Below are positions 37,431-46,990 of a DNA stretch of 64,000 bases, in pieces; within the stretch, counting starts at the first letter, position 1, and every line of letters begins with the position of its first letter. The position numbers and the translations under genes are program-made. Origin of the DNA: a virus (taxonomy: Duplodnaviria > Caudoviricetes). Where the stretch lies: IMG/VR virus record IMGVR_UViG_2915264867_000002, positions 1 to 64,000 of that record. The stretch is one strand, 5' to 3'. Under the pieces are notes generated by a model. That model ran no database searches and was not told the DNA's origin. It saw only the letters and a list, made by a program, of their open reading frames with translations.

Positions 37431-38981
37431 ATGAACCAACAAATTTTCGGAAACGGCACAGCCGGCATTGCCCTGGTCGAAGCCATCGGCGCTGCTGCGA
37501 TGTCGATGAAGGTGTCCGTCGCTGACGCGGCCAAGCTGCCGGCGTTGACTAACGGCGACTTCCTCATGCTCACGCTAACGTCAGCTACCCTGGCTGGAGT
37601 GTATGAGGTGGCGAAGGCCAACGCCATCGATACCGCGACCGGCATCATCACGCTCTCCGCGCGCGCTGTAGAAGGCGTAGCGATCGCATGGGCTGCCGGC
37701 GACACAGCCGAGGTACGCGTGACTGCAAAGTTCTTGAACGAGCTGCCCAGCGCCGCATCACTGAAATTGGCAGCTAAGGCCAAGGTAACGACGCGCGGCC
37801 TGATCAAAACTGCAGGCTCTGGTGCCCAGCTTGTTGAGGGGCAAGCCGTTGGCCGCACTATTTTCAAAATCCGCGCACCCGCCGCATTTGATCGTGTTCG
37901 CTTTTGGGCACTCCACCGCAGTCCTCGAGAGGCATTGGGCATTCGCTTTGCAGTTGCGCCTACCGAACAGCCGCTGAACGATACCATTGCCAACGCTTTC
38001 CATCCCCGTCAGGGCGGAAACTCCTTCAACGTTGCGCAAAGTGCGGCAGCTCCGGCCGGCTGGCGCGCAGGCAAGTTCGGCGGCGCCGACTCCATCGATT
38101 TGCTGCCAAGTCATGGATTCCGTGGCGCCTGGGGGCCAACCGGTAGCTACCAAGCGATTCCAGACATCGGCGTATCGGATTGGATCGATTGCCCAAGTAT
38201 TGCGGCACTGGACGGCGGTGGCCCATGTCTGTTGGTGCGCTATCTGGCCAGCGGCACGCCAGCCGGAACGGAAATTACCAATGGCGGTCCGACCCTCAAT
38301 GGCTCGACCACGTTTGGCACTGCCGGCGACTTCGTTTCAGACCTCACCATTGTGCCAACCGCCGTGCCAGGGACCACCAAGTTCTACATTCCCGGCTTCT
38401 GCATCGAGTTCGATTTCCGCGTGAAGGCGCGCTCTTTTGCGGTGCCAGGTGATTCCAACTCGGAAGGTTACGGCTGGATGTATGCCGCGATTGCTGAAAT
38501 GTCCACGCCAGAGCGCCCGTACGTCTCGGCAAATCTCGGTATGTCCACCCACCGCGAGATTGAGTATATGGCCAATTTCCGCCAGTTCCTCAAGCGCGGC
38601 TACCGACCGACCGACGTGCTGATCCCGTCGTTTAGCCACAACGATTTCCAGACCATCCCTAACAAGGTGGGCTTTGATCGCCAGCGTAACCGCATTCTGC
38701 AAGCCCTCGACCTGTGCGACAGCATCGGTGCGAAAGCTTGGATCTGGACTCATTTCCGCGGCACCAATACCGGCGTTTCGCCCGATGACTGGACTTGTAT
38801 CGAGTTCAACCAGTGGATTCGTAATTTGGCAGCCACCACTGGCCGCTTCACGCTGGTGGACGTTGCGAAAGACTGGAATTCCGCGACGATGGTAGCGGCG
38901 GACAAGACTCACTTTAACGAGTTGGGCAAAGCGAAGGCAAAAGCCGACTTCAAAGCCGTACTCATGATGGAGAACGCATAA
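37431..38981 (+). CDS. Tail fibre/spike with C-terminal SGNH/GDSL esterase
   Basis: Fibre-anchor-like N-terminus (LTLTS..YEVA..AIAWAAGD); GDSNSEG, SHND, DKTHFN catalytic blocks. Confidence 0.78.
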   Translation: MNQQIFGNGTAGIALVEAIGAAAMSMKVSVADAAKLPALTNGDFLMLTLTSATLAGVYEVAKANAIDTATGIITLSARAVEGVAIAWAAGDTAEVRVTAKFLNELPSAASLKLAAKAKVTTRGLIKTAGSGAQLVEGQAVGRTIFKIRAPAAFDRVRFWALHRSPREALGIRFAVAPTEQPLNDTIANAFHPRQGGNSFNVAQSAAAPAGWRAGKFGGADSIDLLPSHGFRGAWGPTGSYQAIPDIGVSDWIDCPSIAALDGGGPCLLVRYLASGTPAGTEITNGGPTLNGSTTFGTAGDFVSDLTIVPTAVPGTTKFYIPGFCIEFDFRVKARSFAVPGDSNSEGYGWMYAAIAEMSTPERPYVSANLGMSTHREIEYMANFRQFLKRGYRPTDVLIPSFSHNDFQTIPNKVGFDRQRNRILQALDLCDSIGAKAWIWTHFRGTNTGVSPDDWTCIEFNQWIRNLAATTGRFTLVDVAKDWNSATMVAADKTHFNELGKAKAKADFKAVLMMENA

Positions 38982-39562
38982 TGACTGTAATTACCAAACG
39001 ACAAGGCGCGCCCTACGTGGGGCTTATGACTCCGAGCATTTCGGGTGAAGTCATCAGTGATGCCGTCGCGGCGCCAAGCACTACTATCACCGCAGCAGCC
39101 GGCGCTTTCCAGAACTTGACGACAGCTGACAATACTGGCTTTTCGCCTGGTGATATTGTTGAAATCGTAGGCAGCGGTCCGGCAGGTACGGATGACTGGT
39201 TCACTGCCGTGACTATTGGCAACTCGAATATGACGGCCGATACCACGAAAGTTAGCATCCGGCAACTCAAGCCCATTTCTGCTGCGGTTGCCTCGGCGGC
39301 GATGACGCAGTATCAATTCGTAGATACGGTTTATGCGCCGAACTCGATCACCCTGTTCAATCGCGCAACGCTGGACTCCTACGAATGGAAGCGTGGCTAT
39401 TCGCAAAACACCGCGCTGAAGACCTCCGCTAACGGTGTTCGCACCAAACTCACGTCGGCCGCCATCGTTCAATCGCCAGTCGGCTTTTGGTTCCACCCGA
39501 GCTTGATCGGGCTGAACAACACGCTGGAGTGGTCCGTGACATTCGAAATGCCGGCAGAGTAA
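38981..39562 (+). CDS. Hypothetical virion-associated protein
   Basis: Coupled to the SGNH gene; Thr/Ala/beta-rich. Confidence 0.55.
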   Translation: MTVITKRQGAPYVGLMTPSISGEVISDAVAAPSTTITAAAGAFQNLTTADNTGFSPGDIVEIVGSGPAGTDDWFTAVTIGNSNMTADTTKVSIRQLKPISAAVASAAMTQYQFVDTVYAPNSITLFNRATLDSYEWKRGYSQNTALKTSANGVRTKLTSAAIVQSPVGFWFHPSLIGLNNTLEWSVTFEMPAE

Positions 39563-39568
39563 CTACAC

Positions 39569-39596
39569 AAAAGCCCGCCTAAACAGCGGGCTTTTT
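39569..39596. terminator. Bidirectional intrinsic terminator
   Basis: AAAAGCCCGC-CTAAACA-GCGGGCTTTT. Confidence 0.85.
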
Positions 39597-39617
39597 CTCT
39601 TGCACGGCATTTGTCGG

Positions 39618-39635
39618 TATATAAGTACTGACTTA
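39618..39635. promoter_or_regulatory. Degenerate operator (right two-thirds conserved)
   Basis: TATATAAGTACTGACTTA. Confidence 0.6.
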
Positions 39636-39790
39636 TCATTGGTCCTGTCAACAGGGTGGGCACGTTTCCCGACTTGGGGTTACTTGGGGCCGCCACTAGG
39701 TTTCTATAAGTAATAACTACAATCTGTATAACTGTATATCTTCAATTCATTAAATAAAGAAGTAATTTAGGGAACGGTAAGGCACACCCA

Positions 39791-40507
39791 ATGACCCAAG
39801 CAACCTCAACCGAGCTGACGGAAACCTTCGGCCCCTATTTCGGTTCCGAACTTGACTGGAGCAGCTGCGAGATTTTGGCCATTGCCAAGATCGACCGCAA
39901 GCTTCTCGGCCTGGATACGGCACTATACGAGAAGAAATGGTTCGACTATCGCAACATGCACCCGACAATGGCGACGTACCTGTTTGCGCACCACTTCAAT
40001 CGGGCATATGGCGACTTCATGGGCGAGTGCTTCGACCACAAGAAGCGCTTCATGGCGGCCTTTAAAGGCAAAGACGTGATGGCGGCCCGGGAGGTGAAAT
40101 CGTTTTGGAAGCTCCGCCAGAAGGTGGACGATATGGGAATGCGGTACGACTTTTTCATGCGTGAGGCAATGGCCTGGTGCGCCGGCCGCGGGTGGAAGCA
40201 ACCGCCCCGCCCTGCTCACCTCGCTACCCAGGACGAAGTGCTACTGCATGTGTCCAACATGTGGGAGTTGGAAAAGCGGGCCAAAATCCAATGGGCGGTG
40301 TCCGCCCGTTTTAAGGTCCAGAACTACGTCGGCGCCCCCGACCAGCTGGCCTATGAGCAGTACCTAATCTCGGCAATCGCCTCCCGCGCGCATCCGAAAT
40401 TCAGCTTACACGCCGCTCTGCATCAGTACGAAGCACTGCGGATCGAGGCCGCAATCAGCCATTTCCCCGAGCAGGCAATTCGCGAGGCGTGCGAGATAAG
40501 CCTGTAA
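39791..40507 (+). CDS. Hypothetical replication-region protein upstream of helicase
   Basis: 238-aa ORF after an AT-rich tract; KWFDYR and WKQPPRP motifs; no family recognised. Confidence 0.65.
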   Translation: MTQATSTELTETFGPYFGSELDWSSCEILAIAKIDRKLLGLDTALYEKKWFDYRNMHPTMATYLFAHHFNRAYGDFMGECFDHKKRFMAAFKGKDVMAAREVKSFWKLRQKVDDMGMRYDFFMREAMAWCAGRGWKQPPRPAHLATQDEVLLHVSNMWELEKRAKIQWAVSARFKVQNYVGAPDQLAYEQYLISAIASRAHPKFSLHAALHQYEALRIEAAISHFPEQAIREACEISL

Positions 40508-40510
40508 AAG

Positions 40511-40532
40511 TAAGTAAGTACTGAGCTATAAT
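40511..40532 (+). promoter_or_regulatory. Operator variant plus TATAAT
   Basis: TAAGTAAGTACTGAGCTA 40511-40528; TATAAT 40527-40532. Confidence 0.8.
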
Positions 40533-40567
40533 TCGACCATTGCGAAAGTTCGCACCTCACCCACGTA

Positions 40568-40996
40568 ATGGAGAATCACATGAACGCACCCCTGCACCGT
40601 ACGCCGTCAGTTGATGATCGTGTACGCGCTGATCAAATCGCAGAAGCGCGTCGCTTATCGGAGAGCGAAGGCGTGGCCTTCAATGGCTTTCAACCCCGTC
40701 GCACTCTCACTGCCAACCGCCCTTCTCGCCCCACTCCGGCAGCCAAGAATGGTCCCGCCCCCTTGAAGGGTCACGAAGCGTTCTTGAAGGCGCTCGAGAA
40801 GTCGGGCGCCAACGTGATCGTGCAAAAGATCAGCGACGGCGAAGACATCCAGGGCACGATCGCACACAGCGACAAGTGGACGGTGACCATGCGCTCGGCC
40901 GGCAAGGACCGCGTCATCTTCAAGCACGACATCAGCGAGTTCAGCACCACCACCCCGCGGCTGGCGCCAGCCGCTTCGGAAGGACAGTCGGTATGA
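40568..40996 (+). CDS. Hfq/Sm-like protein with N-terminal extension
   Basis: HEAFLKALEKSGANVIVQKISDGEDIQGTIAHSDKWTVTM..RVIFKHDISEF aligns with Hfq [42 protein letters not shown]. Confidence 0.78.
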   Translation: MENHMNAPLHRTPSVDDRVRADQIAEARRLSESEGVAFNGFQPRRTLTANRPSRPTPAAKNGPAPLKGHEAFLKALEKSGANVIVQKISDGEDIQGTIAHSDKWTVTMRSAGKDRVIFKHDISEFSTTTPRLAPAASEGQSV

Positions 40997-42450
40997 CCGT
41001 CGATGCACCACTGCGCGAGGTCGAAGACGCCTTCGTTGCGACTGTCGGTGCGTCGATGATGGGCACGCCGCACCAACCTGCGGCGCCGGCCGAAATTACC
41101 CTCGGCCCCGATGTATTCGAATTCGATAGCGAGTTCCAGACCAAGATTGTCGTCCACGCCCTACGCAACCTGGACTTCATGCGCAAGACGGCGCACCTGC
41201 TCAAGCCGGATTATTTTGAGAACGCTGGCGAGGCAGCGATGGTCAATATCGCCATTCGCTACTTCCAGCGCTATAGCACGGTCCCGACTGCGATCATTGC
41301 TGGCACGATGCTCAAGGAGGACATCGCAAACAAGGTGATCCGCTCCGACATCAAATCGGTGACGATCGAGGCTTGTCGTGAAGCGTACAAGCCAGGCGCT
41401 GACCTGTCCGACGGCTCCGCAATTGCTGAGCGGGTTGCTGAGTTCGCGCAGCACCAAGCAATGGCAGCAACCATTCTTGAATCAGTGGATCTGCTGGGCA
41501 AGGGGCAATTCGACAAGATTCGCGAAAAGGTGAAGGCTGCATACGAGGTGGGCCTGAACCTCAACGGCGACGAGTACGACTACTTCAAGCGCCTGGAAGA
41601 ACGCACCAACGAGCGCAACGACCGGAAGATGGGAATCCTGCCACCGCAGGGCATCACCACCGGCCATAAGATCATCGACGACCTGCTGTATCACCGCGGC
41701 TGGGGCCGCAAGGAACTGTCGATCATCCTGGGCGGCGCCAAGTCGGGGAAAACGACCGCGCTGATCAACTTCGCCAAGTCGGCCGTGCTGACCGGCAAGA
41801 ACGTTCTGTATGTGACCTGTGAGGTGGCCGCCAAGATCATTTCGGAGCGTCTGGATGCAACCATGTCCGACACCGAAATAAAGCTGCTGGTGGACAGAAT
41901 GCATGACGTAGCGAGCCGGATCAAAGCGCACATGCCGCGATCGGGCCAGCTGCAGATCGCTGAATACCCTTCGGGCACGCTCACGCCCTCCATGCTGCGC
42001 GCCAAGATCGAGTCGTACAAGTCTCCAATGCTGCAACCGGATGGCACCGTCAGACCTGCGATTCAGTTCGACATGGTTGTGGTCGACTACGCGGACATTA
42101 TGGCGCCCGACCACCGCACCACCGACTCCATCGAGAACAGCAAGTCCGTCTACCTTGCGCTGCGCGCGATCGCATCCGAAGAGAACGTCGCGATGCTGTC
42201 GGCCACCCAGACCAATCGGGAAGGCCACCAGGCGACTGTAGCAAAGGCCAGCCACGTCGCTGACGACTTCAACAAGGTGCGGACGGTGGACATCATGATC
42301 TCGATCAACGTCACCGATGAGGAGCGCGCCGCAGGCGAGGCCCGGCTGTACTTCGCAGCCTCCCGTAACCAGGAGGGCGGCTTCACCATTTTCATTAAGC
42401 AGGAACTGGCCAAGATGAAGTTCATCGCCAGCATCGTGAGGATCGAATAG
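40993..42450 (+). CDS. dnaB: DnaB-like replicative helicase
   Basis: GGAKSGKT, YVTCEV, VVVDYAD, SATQTNR, ADD..K..TVDIMI, ASRN; ATG 40993. Confidence 0.92.
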   Translation: MTVDAPLREVEDAFVATVGASMMGTPHQPAAPAEITLGPDVFEFDSEFQTKIVVHALRNLDFMRKTAHLLKPDYFENAGEAAMVNIAIRYFQRYSTVPTAIIAGTMLKEDIANKVIRSDIKSVTIEACREAYKPGADLSDGSAIAERVAEFAQHQAMAATILESVDLLGKGQFDKIREKVKAAYEVGLNLNGDEYDYFKRLEERTNERNDRKMGILPPQGITTGHKIIDDLLYHRGWGRKELSIILGGAKSGKTTALINFAKSAVLTGKNVLYVTCEVAAKIISERLDATMSDTEIKLLVDRMHDVASRIKAHMPRSGQLQIAEYPSGTLTPSMLRAKIESYKSPMLQPDGTVRPAIQFDMVVVDYADIMAPDHRTTDSIENSKSVYLALRAIASEENVAMLSATQTNREGHQATVAKASHVADDFNKVRTVDIMISINVTDEERAAGEARLYFAASRNQEGGFTIFIKQELAKMKFIASIVRIE

Positions 42451-42451
42451 G

Positions 42452-42697
42452 ATGAGGCTCATCTGGGATCGCTCCAAAGGTCTGTCCGGCATCGAGTTCT
42501 GGATCGGACCGCGTGTACTTGTGCTGGCGCAGCTATCGACAACACTGTGGTGGAATCGCTTACCCGGCGACGAGAAGTGTTACAGCATCGCAACGCTCTG
42601 CTGGCACACTCGAGGTGACACACCTGGCGTGACGGTGCTTTCCCTGATCGTCCTGTGGGCGTGCCTGCGCGTGGGCATTGATCGAGGCGTCAAATGA
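42452..42697 (+). CDS. Hypothetical protein
   Basis: Fills the gap between helicase and primase with coupled start and stop. Confidence 0.4.
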   Translation: MRLIWDRSKGLSGIEFWIGPRVLVLAQLSTTLWWNRLPGDEKCYSIATLCWHTRGDTPGVTVLSLIVLWACLRVGIDRGVK

Positions 42698-43794
42698 CGT
42701 CCGTCCATATCAGTCGGCGCGGCGGCAGTGACGAGCTGCAGGAAGTGCTGGCCACCATCGACATCGAAGCCTGGATGGACCGCGAGGGCATCAAATACCG
42801 GAACACTCGCGGCAGCCGCGGCGCCCAGCTCAACGTCAAGGAGTGCCCTTGCTGCGGCAACACCAACTACAAGGTGTACATCAACGCCAGCTCAGGCCTG
42901 GGCAACTGCTTCGTGGGCGACTGCGAGGTCAAGTTCAACAAGTGGAAGTTCATCAGCGCGACGCTTGGCGGCTCGACCCGAGAAGCCATCGAGCACGTCA
43001 AGGCGGTGGCGCGCGAACAGGGCTGGCGCCCGCCCAGAAAGGCCGCAGCCGTTTCCGTAGTACGCGGCGACCTGACGCTGCCGGAGTCGGTACCACTGCC
43101 GCACGGCGGCCGCAACCTGAAATACCTGGACAACCGCAATATCGGCGCGGAGATAGCGGCGTACTTTGAGCTTCGCATGTCCGTACGCGGCAAGTTCGAC
43201 TATCTCACCGAAGATGGCGATCCGATGAGCCAGGACTACGCCAACCGGGTGATCATTCCGATCTTCGACCTGGAGGGCAAGCTGGTGTCGTTCCAGGGGC
43301 GCGACATCACAGGCACGGCAGACAAGAAGTACCTGTTCCCGCCAGGGTTCGCCAGCACCGGTGAGCACCTGTACAACGGCCACAACGCGATCGGGGCGGA
43401 GCATGTGGTCATCGGCGAAGGCGTGTTCGACGTAGCGGCGATCAAGGTCGCTCTCGACCAGGACGTGAATCTGCGTGAGGTGGTACCGGTGGGAGGCTTC
43501 GGCAAGAACCTTTCCGTCGGCGACGAAAAGAGCCAGCTTGCCAAGCTCATGCGGTTGCGGATGTTCGGACTGAAGATCATCACGATCATGTGGGACGGCG
43601 AGGCGCGCGCACTGCAGGATGCGGTCAGGACTGCGCTCATGCTTAAGAGCGTCGGCTTTATCGCCAGGGTGGCAGTGCTGCCCAAGGACAAAGACCCGAA
43701 CGAGGTAACGGCAGTCGAGGTGCGAAACGCTTTCTACCGGGCCGAAGCGGTAACGCCGGCATTGGCCACGAAACTACTTCTGGCACGCCGTTAA
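42694..43794 (+). CDS. DNA primase (Zn finger + TOPRIM)
   Basis: CPCC..GNCF..C Zn finger; RVIIP..FQGR..KYLF; GEGVFD; WDGE; KDPNE. Confidence 0.92.
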   Translation: MTSVHISRRGGSDELQEVLATIDIEAWMDREGIKYRNTRGSRGAQLNVKECPCCGNTNYKVYINASSGLGNCFVGDCEVKFNKWKFISATLGGSTREAIEHVKAVAREQGWRPPRKAAAVSVVRGDLTLPESVPLPHGGRNLKYLDNRNIGAEIAAYFELRMSVRGKFDYLTEDGDPMSQDYANRVIIPIFDLEGKLVSFQGRDITGTADKKYLFPPGFASTGEHLYNGHNAIGAEHVVIGEGVFDVAAIKVALDQDVNLREVVPVGGFGKNLSVGDEKSQLAKLMRLRMFGLKIITIMWDGEARALQDAVRTALMLKSVGFIARVAVLPKDKDPNEVTAVEVRNAFYRAEAVTPALATKLLLARR

Positions 43795-43808
43795 TTTATC
43801 CAAAAAGA

Positions 43809-43826
43809 TATGTCATTACTGACTTA
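43809..43826. promoter_or_regulatory. Degenerate operator
   Basis: TATGTCATTACTGACTTA (two mismatches). Confidence 0.7.
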
Positions 43827-43896
43827 TCTATCCAGCGCTCAGTGCGTAAGATTTAGAGATCAAAGGGCGCAACGTAGCGCAGCGGGGGAATAAGCA

Positions 43897-44370
43897 GTGA
43901 CTTACACAATTCATACAGAGTACTTAGAGCACAGCGGCGGCACTAAGTTCTACGAGGTGGTGCTGATCAATGAGGAGCCTGACGGCCCGTGCATTTTGCT
44001 TAAACGCTTCGGCAAGCTTGCTGACAGGATCGGCGGCGGCCAAGTTCAAATCAGTCGCGGAAATCTGAACGCTTGCCTGGACGAATATCAGAAAACGCTT
44101 CACGCCAAGCGCAAAGGGAAGTCGGGCCAAGGGCATTACGCAAGCGTAGAGCGACCCGAATACGGCCTCCACAAGCGCAACGGCAAAAGCATCTTCGGGG
44201 TCGCGCTGCACAAGTACACGGAGGAGCACTACCCAAGCCAGCACGCCGCGTCGATCTTTTCCTATTTCGACCTCAAGACTGAGGGCTACGACGAGCCGCC
44301 GGCCGACATCGAAGCTGACGACGCGAAGCCGGAAGCGGCCGCAACTGACGCCTCCTGGGGGAGCTGGTGA
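43897..44370 (+). CDS. WGR-domain-like protein
   Basis: GGTKFYEVVL..LKRFGKL..GGQVQ..KTLHAKRKG. Confidence 0.7.
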   Translation: MTYTIHTEYLEHSGGTKFYEVVLINEEPDGPCILLKRFGKLADRIGGGQVQISRGNLNACLDEYQKTLHAKRKGKSGQGHYASVERPEYGLHKRNGKSIFGVALHKYTEEHYPSQHAASIFSYFDLKTEGYDEPPADIEADDAKPEAAATDASWGSW

Positions 44371-44561
44371 TGGTGACGCAACCGGTAATCGAACTGCTGC
44401 CGCGTCTCTCGCCAGCTGTGCAAGAAATCATTCGTCTGGATCTCATCCAGGCAGTGGGAAATGCTCTGCGTTTGCGCCAGCGCGAGAAGAACGAAACGGC
44501 AGAGCTTGAGGAATTCCTCGCTGAGCAAGAAAAGCTTGGCGAGCAGTGGGGATCTTTTTAA
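44367..44561 (+). CDS. Hypothetical protein
   Basis: Coupled small ORF. Confidence 0.5.
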   Translation: MMVTQPVIELLPRLSPAVQEIIRLDLIQAVGNALRLRQREKNETAELEEFLAEQEKLGEQWGSF

Positions 44562-44570
44562 AGGAACATC

Positions 44571-45233
44571 ATGATCAACGAACAAATCCAGCATGACACG
44601 CACCACCTGCCGGCAGCCAGCGCCGGCGGCAACAACGCCTATTACCTTAAAGGCTGCGACACGGTCCAGCGCAGCCCATCGTACGCCGCCTGCCTATTCA
44701 AGATCGTCGAGATCGAGGCAGGCCGCGAAACCGATTACAACCGGGAATGCGGCGTCGCCATCCGCTCGCGCCAGTGCCGCGCGGTAGGCATGCACCAGGA
44801 AGAGCAATTAAAGGGCCAGGCGCTGTACTTCTTCCCGCGCAAGAAGGCGCACCTGCCGATGAAGGTTACTGGTGATTTTGGCGTCCCGATCACCAACCTC
44901 ACCGACCCGGCTCTCATTCCGAGCGATCGTGCGCCTGTACAGCGTTCTGCGCCGCTGAGCAAGCCAAAACCAGCAGCTATTCCCGATGTGTTGGGCTTGC
45001 CTCAAGACGGCTACGCCGCCGCAATCAACGCCGCCATTGCTGCCGCGCCACCTGCACCTGCACCTGCACCTGCACCAGCACCAGCGCCAGTACAAGCAAC
45101 CGCCGCACCGGTACCGCAGGCCAAGCCAGCTCTCGCCGCGCATGTAGCGCCGGCCGCGCGCCCTGCCCTGCAGCCAGGCGAAACCCCTTTGCAGTACGCC
45201 CGCCGCTTGGCGGCACTTAAAAACCCAACCTAA
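44571..45233 (+). CDS. Hypothetical protein, Cys-containing N-domain and Pro-Ala linker
   Basis: RBS AAAGGA; (CCTGCA)4 repeat at 45051-45074. Confidence 0.65.
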   Translation: MINEQIQHDTHHLPAASAGGNNAYYLKGCDTVQRSPSYAACLFKIVEIEAGRETDYNRECGVAIRSRQCRAVGMHQEEQLKGQALYFFPRKKAHLPMKVTGDFGVPITNLTDPALIPSDRAPVQRSAPLSKPKPAAIPDVLGLPQDGYAAAINAAIAAAPPAPAPAPAPAPAPVQATAAPVPQAKPALAAHVAPAARPALQPGETPLQYARRLAALKNPT

Positions 45234-45242
45234 GAGGAATAC

Positions 45243-46655
45243 ATGGAAGTCCAAATGAACACAGACGAAGTCTTTGGCCTGATCGAAGCCATCGCCAACA
45301 CGCCAGGCAAGAACGACAAGCTGGCCATGCTCAAGAAGTGCTCGAGCAGCGCCACATTAAAGCGCGTGCTCAAGATGGCGAACGACCCGCTCATCAGCTA
45401 CGGCATTCGCAAAGTGCCGGCCCGGACCGCGCTGCGTGATACAGGCGAACTGTTCAACGACCGTACGTGGGAGATCCTGGACTCGATGAGCAACCGTACG
45501 CTGACCGGTAGCGCAATGCAGTCGGCGATCGCGTACGAAATTGACCGCCTGTCGCTGTACTCGGCAGAATTGTTCAAGCGCATCATGCTCAAGGACATGC
45601 GCGCCGGCTTCGCCGAAGAATCGACCAACAAGACCTGGCCAGGACTGCTGCCGGACTTTCCGTACATGCGCTGCTCACTGCCCAAACACGCGAAAATGGC
45701 GGACTGGGATTGGGCCGCTGGCGTGTTCTCGCAAGAGAAGGCCGACGGCATGTTCACCAACGTCAACCACGAAGTCACCGGCGCCGTCTTCATGTACAGC
45801 CGTCAGGGTTCGATGTTCCCGATGGAGAGCTTCGGCGAGCTGGTCGACGCCATTCGCCTGACCCTAGCGCCAGGCACCCAGACGCACGGCGAAATGCTCG
45901 TCATGCGCGACGGCGCCGTGCTGGCGCGCGAGATCGGCAACGGAATCCTCAACAGCGTGCTTCAGGGTGGTCAATTCGGACCCAGCGAGAAACCGATCTT
46001 CATGGCGTGGGACCAAATCCCTCTGGCCTCGGTTGTTCCGAAAGGCTCGTTCGAAACGCCGTACCGCGATCGCCTGCGCGTACTGCTGGGCCAGATCACG
46101 GCGGCACACTCGCCGGTGATCAAGCTCGTGCCGACCCGCTTGGTGCGCTCCCTCAAGGAAGCGTACGCCCACTACGCAGAACTGCTGGCAAAGGGCAAAG
46201 AAGGCACCATCGTTAAGAACCCGGTCGCAATCTGGCGCGACGGCACCAGTAAGGACCAGGTCAAGCTGAAGCTGGAGTTCGAGCTGGATATGGAAGTGAC
46301 CGCGGTGGTGCTGGGCAAGGCCAACAAGAAAACGGCTGGCCGGCCTGGCTCCCTGACTTGCTCGACCGCCGGCGGCATGCTCGTGACCGACGTGGCGATC
46401 AAGGGCGAAGCCATGCGCGACGATGTAGAAGCGAACCCCGAAAAATACGTCGGTGCGATCATGCCCGTCACGGCCAATATGATTCTGCGCCCTTCCCAGT
46501 CGAACCCGCTGCATTCGCTGTTCCTGCCGCGCTTCTCCCAGTCGACGCCACGCATGGACAAGACGGTGGCCGACTCGCTCGAGCGCGCCTTTGAAATCGA
46601 AGATGCAGCTAAAGAAGGCGCGGCCATCAACGAAGAAATGAAGGCCGCAGCATGA
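45243..46655 (+). CDS. lig: ATP-dependent DNA ligase
   Basis: QEKADGMF (KxDG), HGEML, AWDQI, EGTIVKN, KLKLE, SLFLPRF. Confidence 0.93.
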   Translation: MEVQMNTDEVFGLIEAIANTPGKNDKLAMLKKCSSSATLKRVLKMANDPLISYGIRKVPARTALRDTGELFNDRTWEILDSMSNRTLTGSAMQSAIAYEIDRLSLYSAELFKRIMLKDMRAGFAEESTNKTWPGLLPDFPYMRCSLPKHAKMADWDWAAGVFSQEKADGMFTNVNHEVTGAVFMYSRQGSMFPMESFGELVDAIRLTLAPGTQTHGEMLVMRDGAVLAREIGNGILNSVLQGGQFGPSEKPIFMAWDQIPLASVVPKGSFETPYRDRLRVLLGQITAAHSPVIKLVPTRLVRSLKEAYAHYAELLAKGKEGTIVKNPVAIWRDGTSKDQVKLKLEFELDMEVTAVVLGKANKKTAGRPGSLTCSTAGGMLVTDVAIKGEAMRDDVEANPEKYVGAIMPVTANMILRPSQSNPLHSLFLPRFSQSTPRMDKTVADSLERAFEIEDAAKEGAAINEEMKAAA

Positions 46656-46990
46656 ACATCACGGTACAGGAACTGGTTGCAGCGTTCATCGAAACCGGCC
46701 AATCGCTTCAATGGCTGAGCGTTGGCAAAGACCGTGAGCGCATGCCATGCACCGCCGGCACATTCGGGCTGGAAAAGATCGTCAAGGCCTTTGAAGTAGC
46801 GCTGCTGAAAAAGAGCGTGCGCACCGACGAAGAATTGGCCCTCATTGAGCGTGCGCGCGAGAAGTATGCAGTGCCGTCCGACGACGATGTTTTGATCAAC
46901 GACGACGCGAAGGTGTCAAAGGCGGGCGACGAAGGCGTGTGGGTAGAAGCGTATGTGTTCTTGCGCAACGGTGAATCGAATGACGCCTGA
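46652..46990 (+). CDS. Hypothetical protein
   Basis: Coupled ORF; ends EGVWVEAYVFL. Confidence 0.6.
   Translation: MNITVQELVAAFIETGQSLQWLSVGKDRERMPCTAGTFGLEKIVKAFEVALLKKSVRTDEELALIERAREKYAVPSDDDVLINDDAKVSKAGDEGVWVEAYVFLRNGESNDA

Noticed and set aside
39726-39745. CTGTATAACTGTATAT as an SOS box
   Set aside because: Has the CTGT left arm but lacks the ACAG right arm.
45047-45090. (CCTGCA)n repeat as a phase-variation tract
   Set aside because: A 6-bp unit keeps the frame; it simply encodes a Pro-Ala linker, as also seen near 58390.
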